Positions 1 to 7,908 of a stretch of 64,000 bases of DNA are shown in pieces. Every line of letters starts with the position of its first letter. Position 1 is the first letter of the stretch. Origin of the DNA: a virus; IMG/VR virus record IMGVR_UViG_3300018022_000003, positions 32,001-96,000 of that record. One strand, written 5' to 3'. The position numbers were made by a program, and so were the translations under genes. The notes under the pieces were generated by a model. The model was not told where the DNA came from, made no database searches, and worked only from the letters and a program-made list of their open reading frames with translations.

Positions 1-1
1 G

Positions 2-949
2 TGGCTCGGCTTCGACGAGCCTGTACCGCCGGCCGAGGTGCCTGCCGTCCTCGGGGAGATTAAGGGGATGGACAGGGGGGAGCTGGACGCAAAGCAGCAG
101 TATGTCGGGGTGGTGGTCTTCCTGGTGGAGCACGGCTCCGAGGTTCCGCAGGAGGCCCGCCTCCGTGCCGCCGAGGTGGCCGAGGAGCTTGCTGGCCTGA
201 CCGTGGGGATGGGGAACGCCCCGAGCAAGGACAGGCAGCAGTGGAGGCACCCCGAGAAGCGCAAGGCCCGCCTCAGGCGGGAGGTCGCTGTCCTGAGGGC
301 AGGGATGCCCGTTGCCAAGGAGGGCCGCTTCCTCAGGGTAGAGGAGATGCGTGCCTGGGGCAGGGGGGAGCAGGACGAGTACTATGCCCAGCACCCCGAG
401 CTTGAGAGGATAGGGAAGCCCAAGCAGGCGGACTACTGGGACGAGCAGGGCTACTGGGCGGGGGCAGGGCATGCCGCCTCCGGCGTCCTCCCCGTATGCA
501 CCTCCACGGGGAGGGTATGCCTTGCCTGGAGAAGCCCCGACGTGGACCAGGGTAGCTGCTGGGGAACCATAGGCGGGGCGGTAAAGGAGGGGATGGACCC
601 GTCCTCCAGCGCCCGCCACGAGCTTGCCGAGGAGACCGGGTACAGGGGCAACCTCCTCCTGCACCCAGCACATGTCTTCAAAAGCGGGAAGTTCAGTTAC
701 CATAACTATATAGGGGAGGTGGGGCACGAGTTCGGGCTGCGCCCCGAGGGCGGCAGCGCATGGGAGACCGAGGCCCTGGAGTGGGGGGGCCTGGACGAAT
801 GGCTGAAGGAGGCCAAGACCAGCCCCGGCAGCTTCCACCCCGGCGTGCTGGTCCTGCTCAGGGAGTCGGGCGGCCTCATACGCAGCATATGCGAGAAGGC
901 GGAAGGAAGGAAGACTGAAAATGGAGAAGCACAAGCACAGGCTCTATAA
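2..949 (+). CDS. Nudix hydrolase domain protein, 5'-truncated by the window edge
   Basis: The frame is open from base 2. It has a Nudix box (GGAVKEGMDPSSSARHELAEETG) and the upstream CLAWRS...WGTIGG segment typical of Nudix folds. Confidence 0.8.
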   Translation, partial: WLGFDEPVPPAEVPAVLGEIKGMDRGELDAKQQYVGVVVFLVEHGSEVPQEARLRAAEVAEELAGLTVGMGNAPSKDRQQWRHPEKRKARLRREVAVLRAGMPVAKEGRFLRVEEMRAWGRGEQDEYYAQHPELERIGKPKQADYWDEQGYWAGAGHAASGVLPVCTSTGRVCLAWRSPDVDQGSCWGTIGGAVKEGMDPSSSARHELAEETGYRGNLLLHPAHVFKSGKFSYHNYIGEVGHEFGLRPEGGSAWETEALEWGGLDEWLKEAKTSPGSFHPGVLVLLRESGGLIRSICEKAEGRKTENGEAQAQAL

Positions 950-1676
950 CCCCGAGGACTACACCAACCTGCTGGACCTGCTCAGGCGGCCACCCAGCGC
1001 CATACCCCCGCACACGGGGGCCATGGTGGAGAGGGTGCCCGACCCCATCAGGAGGGGGACGGTGCGCATCTTCAGGGAGGACACAGGGGAGGTCCTGTAC
1101 CAGGACCACAACATCACCACCAACATCAGCAGGTGGCTGTTCTCCGTCTTCATGGCGGCCACCGGGCCGAGCCAGCCGGTCAACCCCAGCGTCACTGCCC
1201 CCCCTCTCTACGGGGTATGGGGCCTGGCGCTGGGCGCAGGCAGCCCGACCTGGGCACCCGAGACGCAGCCTGTCGAGACGGCGCAGCAGGTGGAGCTTAT
1301 CCAGCCCCTCGTGCGTGTCCAGCTCTCCAGGGTCAACTTCGTCAACCAGGACAACAGCGGCAACTGGAACCCCGTGCCCTACCCGGCCACCAACGTGGAC
1401 TTCCAGACCACCGTCAACTCGACGGTCAACAACATAAACCAGCCCGTGAGGGAGATGGGGCTTATAGGGGGAGGGATAGCCAACATGGGCGGCTACACTA
1501 TGCTCACTGCCCCGTTCTTCAACGGCAACCCCTCCTACTATATCGACCCGGTGACGAAGCAGGTCAACGTCACGGTGATGCAGCAGACAGTCATCCTCAT
1601 CAACTACAAGACCCTGCCGCCGCTCAACCTGCCGCCCGGCATCAACATCATCTTTAGCTGGATATTCCAGTTCTAG
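921..1676 (+). CDS. Probable baseplate/tail-fibre-collar type virion protein
   Basis: Motifs GLALGAG, REMGLIGG and LINYKTLPPL resemble phage tail-collar/baseplate proteins. Codon usage is coding-like. Confidence 0.55.
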   Translation: MEKHKHRLYNPEDYTNLLDLLRRPPSAIPPHTGAMVERVPDPIRRGTVRIFREDTGEVLYQDHNITTNISRWLFSVFMAATGPSQPVNPSVTAPPLYGVWGLALGAGSPTWAPETQPVETAQQVELIQPLVRVQLSRVNFVNQDNSGNWNPVPYPATNVDFQTTVNSTVNNINQPVREMGLIGGGIANMGGYTMLTAPFFNGNPSYYIDPVTKQVNVTVMQQTVILINYKTLPPLNLPPGINIIFSWIFQF

Positions 1677-1686
1677 GGGAAGTGGT

Positions 1687-2187
1687 ATGCCCGGAAACGT
1701 GCTAGCGTTGCAGGTGGGCCCGTGGCAGGACCTCGGCGAGGGGGTGGTCAGCACCGGGTACAGGTCCATCCTGTCCGTGCAGGAGATTATCATGGAGGTG
1801 CAGGAGACCACCTTCTACGGCCAGAACCTCTTCATGGCCAACTACTCCCCCTGGGGTGCCGGGCAGGTGGACATAGGCTCCCTGACCGCCTATACCCTGT
1901 TCAGCAACTTCCTCAGCCCCTACGTGGGCAGGGAGACCACCTGGGCGCAGTTCCTCGACCCACCCTACAACCCCTCCTTCTACATCGGCCGCACCTACGT
2001 CCTTATCCCCCCTCCCCCGGAGCCTCCCCTGTCGTACGGGGCCATGGTCCTGCTGGGAGCGGCATACAGCCCCCTCAAGGGATGGTGGTGCAGGTTCAGG
2101 GGCAACTTCAGGCTCTCCATCCCGGTCTTCCAGGGCTTCCGTGGGGTCACCGACATGACCCCGGACTACGGCATCAAGATAAAGTAG
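1687..2187 (+). CDS. Hypothetical protein, probably virion-associated
   Basis: ORF with RBS directly follows the structural gene and has an aromatic/Pro-rich composition. Confidence 0.55.
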   Translation: MPGNVLALQVGPWQDLGEGVVSTGYRSILSVQEIIMEVQETTFYGQNLFMANYSPWGAGQVDIGSLTAYTLFSNFLSPYVGRETTWAQFLDPPYNPSFYIGRTYVLIPPPPEPPLSYGAMVLLGAAYSPLKGWWCRFRGNFRLSIPVFQGFRGVTDMTPDYGIKIK

Positions 2188-2213
2188 GTATTATCACCCT
2201 GGAGGCAACCGCC

Positions 2214-2390
2214 GTGGCATACCAGAACAAGAGGCTCCCGAGGCGTGGCCTCTATGTGGCCAAGGACCCAAAGGTGTTCCGTAAGACGTTCGGGGGGATA
2301 GCCCTGGGGCTTCTTCGCTACAGAGAGGTCGAGCCGGGGGACTTCCTGGAGATAAGCATCAAGCGTGTGCGGGAAACCCGGGCTGGCTGA
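2214..2390 (+). CDS. Small hypothetical protein (58 aa, GTG start)
   Basis: GGAGG RBS at 2201-2205 and GTATTAT upstream; translates as MAYQNKRLPRRG...RETRAG. Confidence 0.55.
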   Translation: MAYQNKRLPRRGLYVAKDPKVFRKTFGGIALGLLRYREVEPGDFLEISIKRVRETRAG

Positions 2391-2402
2391 CGCTACCCCT
2401 GC

Positions 2403-3170
2403 ATGGACACCCCCAAGATAACGTACAAGCAGTATGGAGGCAAGGCGTCCATCGCCAAGTGGATTGCCTCCCACTTCCCGCCGCACAGGACCTACATGGA
2501 GCCTTTCTGCGGCTCCTGCTCCGTCCTTTTCGCCAAGCCCAGGTCGTTCATCGAGATTGCCAACGACATCGACGGGCGCATCGTCAGCATGTACAGGCAC
2601 ATACGTGAGGACCCGGAGCAGCTTGCGGCCCTCCTGTGGGCCACCCCCTACTCCAAGGCCAACTGGCGTGACACCGTGCCGGAGGAGGGCAGCCTGGAGG
2701 AGGCCCGCCTGCTCATGGCAGAGTCGGTGCAGTTCTACTGCGGCAACGGCAACAACTCCACCTGGGCGCTGGAGAAGTCCGGGGCACCGCACAAGCCCAA
2801 GCCCGAGGTCTGGGCGGACTGGTTCCTGCGCATCCTGCCGGCCGCTGCCCGGCTCAGGAGCGTGCAGGTGCTAAACGAGGACGGGGTGGACGCCATGAGG
2901 CGGGTTCATATGCAGGAGGACGCCCTCATCTACATCGACCCCCCCTACTGGGGGCACGAGCACGAGTACAGGCACAGGGTGGACTACGAGCGCCTCCTGG
3001 CAGCGGCAAGGGAGGCGAGGGCCAAGGTGGTCGTGTCGGAGTACCCCGAGGCGGCGGTATTCTACCAGGGGTGGAGGCAGGAGCGCAAGGACACCGCAGG
3101 CAGGGCTAGGACGGGGGCGTACAACTCCCCGGCCAAGCCCAAGGCCGAGATGCTGTTCATGAACTTCTGA
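2403..3170 (+). CDS. dam: DNA adenine methyltransferase, Dam/D12 class
   Basis: N-terminal Y-GGK, SAM-binding YMEPFCGSCSV and catalytic YIDPPY motifs. Confidence 0.92.
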   Translation: MDTPKITYKQYGGKASIAKWIASHFPPHRTYMEPFCGSCSVLFAKPRSFIEIANDIDGRIVSMYRHIREDPEQLAALLWATPYSKANWRDTVPEEGSLEEARLLMAESVQFYCGNGNNSTWALEKSGAPHKPKPEVWADWFLRILPAAARLRSVQVLNEDGVDAMRRVHMQEDALIYIDPPYWGHEHEYRHRVDYERLLAAAREARAKVVVSEYPEAAVFYQGWRQERKDTAGRARTGAYNSPAKPKAEMLFMNF

Positions 3171-3180
3171 GGGAGGGCTA

Positions 3181-3387
3181 ATGAGCAAGGCGATGCAGAT
3201 GGTACAGAGGATACATGAGTCGGGGGCAGGCTCGGGGGTCACCCATGACGCCATCGACCGGGCGGTACGCTCCGGCAGCGAGCGGGATGCCGTCAAGGCC
3301 CTTATCATGGCACGGGACGACCGCCTGTCCGGCTGGGTCGTGGACCGGGCCAACGAGGGCCTGGGATTCAGGGGCAAGGACTGGTAG
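3181..3387 (+). CDS. Hypothetical protein (68 aa)
   Basis: RBS GGAGG; tightly packed in the operon. Confidence 0.6.
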   Translation: MSKAMQMVQRIHESGAGSGVTHDAIDRAVRSGSERDAVKALIMARDDRLSGWVVDRANEGLGFRGKDW

Positions 3388-3389
3388 GT

Positions 3390-3878
3390 ATGCGACCCAG
3401 GGAAAAGGACTTCCTCATCTGCACGGTGAGGAACGCCACGGGGGAGCAGTGGGCCGCCCAGGAGGAGTATGTCTCCTCCCTGGAGGCCGGGGGCATAGGG
3501 GTATACTGGCCCCCCAGGGACACGGACCAGGACGACCCCATCGGGCTTAGGATATGCTCCGACAACCGGACGGCCATGGAGAGGGCGGACGTCGTCAGGG
3601 TGGTATGGGACCCGGAGAGCCAGGGGAGCCTGTTCGACCTGGGGATGGCGTTTGCCATGCGCAAGCCCATCTACCTCGTGAACCGCAAGGACATCAAGCC
3701 AACCGATAAGAAGTCCTTCACCAACTTCCTGCTTGCCATAGACATAGGGGAGCCTTCCCCGAGCAGCACCCGCCTCAGGGAGGTGGCCAGGTTCTACGAA
3801 GAGTACAAGGACAGCCCAGGGCTGCCCGGCTCCTGGGCCGTGGCCTTCCTCAACCAGGAGAAGGAGAGGAAGTCATAG
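3390..3878 (+). CDS. Nucleoside 2-deoxyribosyltransferase-like (NDT) protein
   Basis: YWPPRD, DNRTAMERADVV and SQGSLFDLGMAFAMRKPI match the NDT fold pattern. Confidence 0.7.
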   Translation: MRPREKDFLICTVRNATGEQWAAQEEYVSSLEAGGIGVYWPPRDTDQDDPIGLRICSDNRTAMERADVVRVVWDPESQGSLFDLGMAFAMRKPIYLVNRKDIKPTDKKSFTNFLLAIDIGEPSPSSTRLREVARFYEEYKDSPGLPGSWAVAFLNQEKERKS

Positions 3879-3891
3879 CACTTCCCCCCCC

Positions 3892-3908
3892 TTAATTGAG
3901 GAGAACCA
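3892..3908 (+). promoter_or_regulatory. Candidate late promoter/RBS element TTAATTGAGGAGAACCA (copy 1)
   Basis: Exact 17-bp repeat of 50569-50585; both copies lie immediately upstream of an ATG. Confidence 0.55.
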
Positions 3909-3910
3909 CC

Positions 3911-4999
3911 ATGCCTACCCCTATACAGCCCGGCAATACCAGCGCATTCAGGTCCGAGTTCCTGTTCAGGCCCGCCGCCCCGGCCCAGACCACCGTGAGG
4001 CTCGTGGACGGCAGCGGGTACGTCGGGGGGGAGTGGTTCGTGGAGCCTGGCAACGAGGCCAAGATGGCCCGTATCAGGAGGGACTTCGAGGAGGCCAGGG
4101 CAGAGGAGCCTGACGCCGGGTGGAGGCTCCAGACGAGGGGCACCGAGGCGGGGTGGCACGACATGGAGGCGCAGCCTAAGACGGCCTCCGGGCTGCGCAG
4201 GCGGCCGGACTACGGGAAGGCAACAAGGTACAACGTCTGGGACAAGCCCACGGGGCCTGTCGGCAGGCATACCCAAAAGCTGTACCGGTGCTTGAACTGC
4301 GGGGAGAAGCAGACGATAGGGACCAACCACTACGGCCCGGTCTACGGCTACTGCCACGGGTGTAGCTGGAAGCCGTCGTTCGGCAAGGCAGAGTATGCGA
4401 TACCCATGTTCGGGCGTACCTACAGGCCGTTCGAGTACGCCGGGGACCCCGAGGAGCCAGGACGTGAGGAGAGAATCCAGGAGACGTGGAACGCCCCCCC
4501 GCACGCTGCCTCCCAGGCAGCGGCCCCCGGACGCCCGAAGGAGGCGGCGCAGGCCCCCCGCTCCTACAAGGTAGGGCAGGACGAGGGCGGGTTCTGGTAC
4601 ATCTTCGGCCTGCCGGGGGAGGAGATTGCCGAGGGGCAGGCCGACGAGGCGGTGCAGACCCCCGACACATGGCTCAACGTCCACGGGAAGGCCAGGAACC
4701 TGGACCTGGCGGAGCAGCTCTACCGGGAGCTTTACGCCGAGTTCCAGGCCAACGACAACCTCAGGGAGGGGGACACCTTCGATACCCCTATCGGCGTGTT
4801 CATATGCCAGGGGGTTGACGTCCTCCCCCACGACGCCTCTGCCAAGAAGGCCGTGGCCGAGGTTGACGACAGCTACAGGTGCGCCTGCGGCTGCGACCAG
4901 GGGGAGCACAGGAAGAGGGTTGACGACAACGGCTACCCTCACTACGGGGAGTGCTCCAACCATCCCGAATGCAAAGAGTATACCAGGAAGGGAGCATAA
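3911..4999 (+). CDS. Hypothetical modular protein with CxxC zinc-binding motifs, possibly an internal head protein
   Basis: ATG at 3911 follows the GAGGAG RBS. It contains CLNC, CHGC and CACGC motifs and KTA/KEAA/KKA motifs shared with head genes. Confidence 0.6.
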   Translation: MPTPIQPGNTSAFRSEFLFRPAAPAQTTVRLVDGSGYVGGEWFVEPGNEAKMARIRRDFEEARAEEPDAGWRLQTRGTEAGWHDMEAQPKTASGLRRRPDYGKATRYNVWDKPTGPVGRHTQKLYRCLNCGEKQTIGTNHYGPVYGYCHGCSWKPSFGKAEYAIPMFGRTYRPFEYAGDPEEPGREERIQETWNAPPHAASQAAAPGRPKEAAQAPRSYKVGQDEGGFWYIFGLPGEEIAEGQADEAVQTPDTWLNVHGKARNLDLAEQLYRELYAEFQANDNLREGDTFDTPIGVFICQGVDVLPHDASAKKAVAEVDDSYRCACGCDQGEHRKRVDDNGYPHYGECSNHPECKEYTRKGA

Positions 5000-5179
5000 A
5001 TGGGCCCCATAGACCCGAAGACGCTGCTCAGGATAAAGGACCTTGCCAGGCAGTACACCGAGGAGACCCTGGAGGACCCCAACCCCCTGGACTACATGGC
5101 TTTCGAGAACGCCATCCTCCAGGGCTACAACCTCGCCATGGAGGATGCCAGGGGAATCCTCCGCTCACCTGCCAGATAG
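5000..5179 (+). CDS. Small hypothetical protein (59 aa)
   Basis: GGAG RBS; translates as MGPIDPKTLL...RSPAR; not listed as such in the ORF track. Confidence 0.6.
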   Translation: MGPIDPKTLLRIKDLARQYTEETLEDPNPLDYMAFENAILQGYNLAMEDARGILRSPAR

Positions 5180-5207
5180 GATAGGCAGCCCAGCGTATTA
5201 TAGCATC

Positions 5208-5954
5208 ATGGACGACGTCTGTGACACAGGGCTAGAGTCAATCCCCGAGGAGGTGGACGGGGGCCTCCAGCGCCCGTCTCCCTACCTTGCCAGGGTGCTG
5301 GAGAAGGTAGGCACCAGGCCAGGGTGCTGGGAGTACCTCCGGGTAGGCATCTTCCGGAGGAACCCCGATACCGGCACCCCTGAGCAGATAGGGGAGTACA
5401 CCAGGAACTACCCGTCCTTCTACCGTACCTTCCACCCCTTCCAGCTACGTGGCGGGTGGTATGCCCTGTACTCCAAGGACTATACCTCCACCCGGCTCAT
5501 GGCCCTGCCGGGCTGCAAGGACATCGGCGGGGAGGAGGCGGCCGCCTGCGGGTTCTGCCCCGTGGACTACTACGTCCCCGTCCTGCACTGGCTGGAGGCC
5601 GTCCATGCCGAGGGGTGCCCCAGGCACCCGGACAGTGTAGACCCTACCAACCCCTGTACCTGCAAGGAATCCCGGTATATATGGCATTTTCCCGAGCGGG
5701 TCCACGGGTTCGTGGCAGGCTGCGTATGGGGGGATGACACCTCCTGGAAGGTGCAGTACCTCGACCTGTCCAGGGCGGACGAGGGGATGCTGAGGAGGGA
5801 GGAGAGGTTCGGGTACATCGAGCTTGCCTACAACCTCCACCTGGACAAGGCCATCGACCTGGACATAGAGGACGACAGGTTCCCCCCCTGCCTGTCCATA
5901 GCCTGCCAGAGGCACTTCGACTTCGCCACCGGGGAGCCTAGGGGCGAAGAATAG
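5208..5954 (+). CDS. Hypothetical protein
   Basis: ATG at 5208 follows GTATTAT; codon usage is coding-like. Confidence 0.7.
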   Translation: MDDVCDTGLESIPEEVDGGLQRPSPYLARVLEKVGTRPGCWEYLRVGIFRRNPDTGTPEQIGEYTRNYPSFYRTFHPFQLRGGWYALYSKDYTSTRLMALPGCKDIGGEEAAACGFCPVDYYVPVLHWLEAVHAEGCPRHPDSVDPTNPCTCKESRYIWHFPERVHGFVAGCVWGDDTSWKVQYLDLSRADEGMLRREERFGYIELAYNLHLDKAIDLDIEDDRFPPCLSIACQRHFDFATGEPRGEE

Positions 5955-6095
5955 CCCCAAGAAACCGGACTACCGGAGGTATTATATGAGTGAGGAGACT
6001 CCCCCCGACTACAGCGTGACCTTCGCAGAGTCCTTGGTCAGACCAATGGACCGCAAGAAAGCGGGTCATAAGGACGGGGGGCCGGGAAGGGCACC

Positions 6096-6254
6096 ATGTC
6101 CGACCCCCTGCTCCTCAAAATGAGGATAGCAAAGCCGAGAATCGACAGGCCGCACGCAATGGCCGAGACTAAGGTAACTATGCCGCATATCACGAGGCCG
6201 CACACTTCGACAACGACCCAAATCAGGTCGGGCGGCGGAGCCTGCTCGGGGTAA
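6096..6254 (+). CDS. Small hypothetical peptide (52 aa)
   Basis: ATG after GGAAGGG; ends just before a terminator hairpin. Confidence 0.35.
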   Translation: MSDPLLLKMRIAKPRIDRPHAMAETKVTMPHITRPHTSTTTQIRSGGGACSG

Positions 6255-6278
6255 CAGCCCCAAAGCCTAGGCTCGGCG

Positions 6279-6303
6279 GCCGCCAGCAGGTCTGGCGGCT
6301 TTC
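6279..6303 (+). terminator. Intrinsic terminator-like hairpin
   Basis: GCCGCCAG-CAGGT-CTGGCGGC followed by TTTC. Confidence 0.6.
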
Positions 6304-6467
6304 GTGTTTCATGGGGGCCTTGTGGGGAGCGTCAGGATAGACACGGTTGACCCGGACGACCCGGCCGACGTATTCTTAGAGAGGTACCTCCCCGAGAAGG
6401 AGGACGTCCCGGACCCGAGGCCTTCGCTGTCGCCCCGGAGGATAACGCTCCGCAGGGCGGACAGGGA

Positions 6468-6851
6468 ATGGAAGGAGCGGCAGTGGCCCACTTCGAGCAG
6501 CACTGCAAGGACTGCGGGGCCATTCTCGGGGCCAGGCACGAGGACGTGAACCGCTGGCTCGACGGGCTGTTCTGGAGGCTGGGGCCACGGCACCGCAGGG
6601 CAAGGCACCACGAGGGCGGGGTGAGGAAGGCCGCCGAGGCGTTCGGCCCCGAGGGCGCAAGGGCAGCCGTGGTCCATATTGTCAGGGACATAGGGTTCGT
6701 CCCCAGGGAGAGGGACTACGACAGGATTCTCGTCGGGGATGAGCTGGTGATAGCTGTACCGGCCTTTGTCGAACCCAAACTGGGGTATGACCAGTGGTTC
6801 GATGAGTTCAAGAAAAAGGCCGAAGAGGAGATAGGAAGGGTCCTTGGGTAA
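6468..6851 (+). CDS. His-rich hypothetical protein, possibly DUF6915-like or metal-binding
   Basis: H..H, WLD and RHRRARHHEGG pattern. The start may be the GTG at 6483. Confidence 0.5.
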   Translation: MEGAAVAHFEQHCKDCGAILGARHEDVNRWLDGLFWRLGPRHRRARHHEGGVRKAAEAFGPEGARAAVVHIVRDIGFVPRERDYDRILVGDELVIAVPAFVEPKLGYDQWFDEFKKKAEEEIGRVLG

Positions 6852-6853
6852 TA

Positions 6854-7243
6854 GTGACCATGAGCCGACGCTTGGTGACGACAGGCACTCCGGTCACTTG
6901 TGAAAGATGCTCCCGTAGCTATGAGTATGACCGTAGAAAGGGGCATCATACCAAGATTTGCAACTCTTGCAACGCTAACCGTAAACGGGTGGTCCGCAAG
7001 AGAAAATGCATAGAGTATAAGGGCGGCAGGTGCGAAAAGTGCGGATATTCTCGGAGTTCTAGGGCTTTGGGATTCCACCATCGGGACCGGAACCGCAAAG
7101 AGTTTACAGTATCGAGAGCGCTGTCGCTTTCATGGAGCAGGGTCAAGCAAGAACTAGACAAGTGCGATATGCTCTGTGCCAACTGTCATATGGAGGAAGA
7201 AGAGATTCTGGCGGGTAGCTCAACTGGTAGAGCGCAGCCCTGA
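6854..7243 (+). CDS. HNH (homing) endonuclease
   Basis: CERC and CNSC zinc knuckle, then CEKCG...FHHRD...ELDKCDMLCANCH; visibly lower GC than its neighbours. Confidence 0.85.
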   Translation: MTMSRRLVTTGTPVTCERCSRSYEYDRRKGHHTKICNSCNANRKRVVRKRKCIEYKGGRCEKCGYSRSSRALGFHHRDRNRKEFTVSRALSLSWSRVKQELDKCDMLCANCHMEEEEILAGSSTGRAQP

Positions 7244-7284
7244 TAAGACTGAGGTCGTGGGTCCGACTCCCATCCCGCCAACCA
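7209..7284 (+). tRNA. tRNA-Ile(GAU)
   Basis: TGGCGGG/CCCGCCA acceptor stem, anticodon loop CT-GAT-AA, T arm GTGGG/CCCAT, encoded CCA. Confidence 0.9.
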
Positions 7285-7294
7285 AGACTATAGT

Positions 7295-7369
7295 GGCTCC
7301 CTCGTCCAGCGGCCAGGACGCTCGCCCGATTAGCGAGAGACCGGGGTTCGAGTCCCTGGGGGGCTACCA
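7295..7369 (+). tRNA. tRNA-like gene with a Glu/Gln-type body and non-canonical anticodon loop CC-GAT-TA
   Basis: Complete cloverleaf (GGCTCCC/GGGGGCT, GTCC/GGAC, CTCGC/GCGAG, CGGGG-TTCGAGT-CCCTG, CCA) but with C33 and U37. Confidence 0.75.
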
Positions 7370-7371
7370 GG

Positions 7372-7482
7372 CTTACGGGGCGTAGAGGCATGAGGCGGGA
7401 CACCTCCGGGCAGTTCCAGCCGGGCACCTGGGAGCATTGCGGTACGGTGGAATAAACCAAGCTATGCGTACCGCCCCGTAGG
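7372..7482 (+). ncRNA. Candidate multibranched structured RNA
   Basis: Closing stem CTTACGGGGCG/CGCCCCGTAGG with internal hairpins; no good ORF here. Confidence 0.5.
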
Positions 7483-7498
7483 ACCGGCAGGGGGCCGT

Positions 7499-7582
7499 AT
7501 GGCCGTCCTTTTGGTAATGCTTACGTTCCTGTTCTTCGTCTTGCTCGACGTCGTCGTGTCGAGGGCCCGCAGGAGGGCATAA
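7499..7582 (+). CDS. 27-aa single-transmembrane peptide
   Basis: MAVLLVMLTFLFFVLLDVVVSRARRRA, preceded by AGGGGG. Confidence 0.4.
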   Translation: MAVLLVMLTFLFFVLLDVVVSRARRRA

Positions 7583-7590
7583 GGCTTTGG

Positions 7591-7666
7591 GCTACCGTGG
7601 CGCAACTGGCAGCGCACCGGTTTCGTAAACCGGGGGTTGAGGGTTCGACTCCCTTCGGTAGCTCCA
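7591..7666 (+). tRNA. tRNA-Thr(CGU)
   Basis: GCTACCG/CGGTAGC acceptor, CCGGT-TTCGTAA-ACCGG anticodon arm, TTCGACT T loop, CCA. Confidence 0.93.
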
Positions 7667-7670
7667 TCTT

Positions 7671-7722
7671 GGCTGGGGGTTCTGTCAGAAATGGGCAGTC
7701 TGAGAGGCTGCCGGACCCAGCC
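7671..7722 (+). ncRNA. Small structured RNA between the Thr tRNAs
   Basis: GGCTGGG/CCCAGCC closing stem with an internal GGCAGTC-TGAGA-GGCTGCC hairpin. Confidence 0.4.
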
Positions 7723-7730
7723 GCAAGTTC

Positions 7731-7806
7731 GCTGCCGTAGCTCAGTTGGCAGAGCACCGCCTTGGTAAGGCGGGGGTCGGGAGTCCGACTCTCCCCGGCA
7801 GCTCCA
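7731..7806 (+). tRNA. tRNA-Thr(GGU)
   Basis: GCTGCCG/CGGCAGC acceptor, CCGCC-TTGGTAA-GGCGG anticodon arm, CCA. Confidence 0.92.
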
Positions 7807-7812
7807 GTACTA

Positions 7813-7888
7813 GCCGCCGTAGCTCAACGGCCCAGAGTGCCTGCATGGTAGGCAGGCGACGGGGGTCCGACTCCCCCCGGCGGCCCCA
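7813..7888 (+). tRNA. tRNA-Thr(GGU), atypical second copy
   Basis: GCCGCCG/CGGCGGC acceptor, CCTGC-ATGGTAG-GCAGG anticodon arm (A32, G38), C73 discriminator, CCA. Confidence 0.8.
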
Positions 7889-7908
7889 AGCTAGCCTGTG
7901 GAGGCACC

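Noticed and set aside
6304-6549. 81-aa ORF upstream of the His-rich gene
   Set aside because: The start lies in the terminator tail and it overlaps the next gene. It may be partly real but there is no supporting motif.
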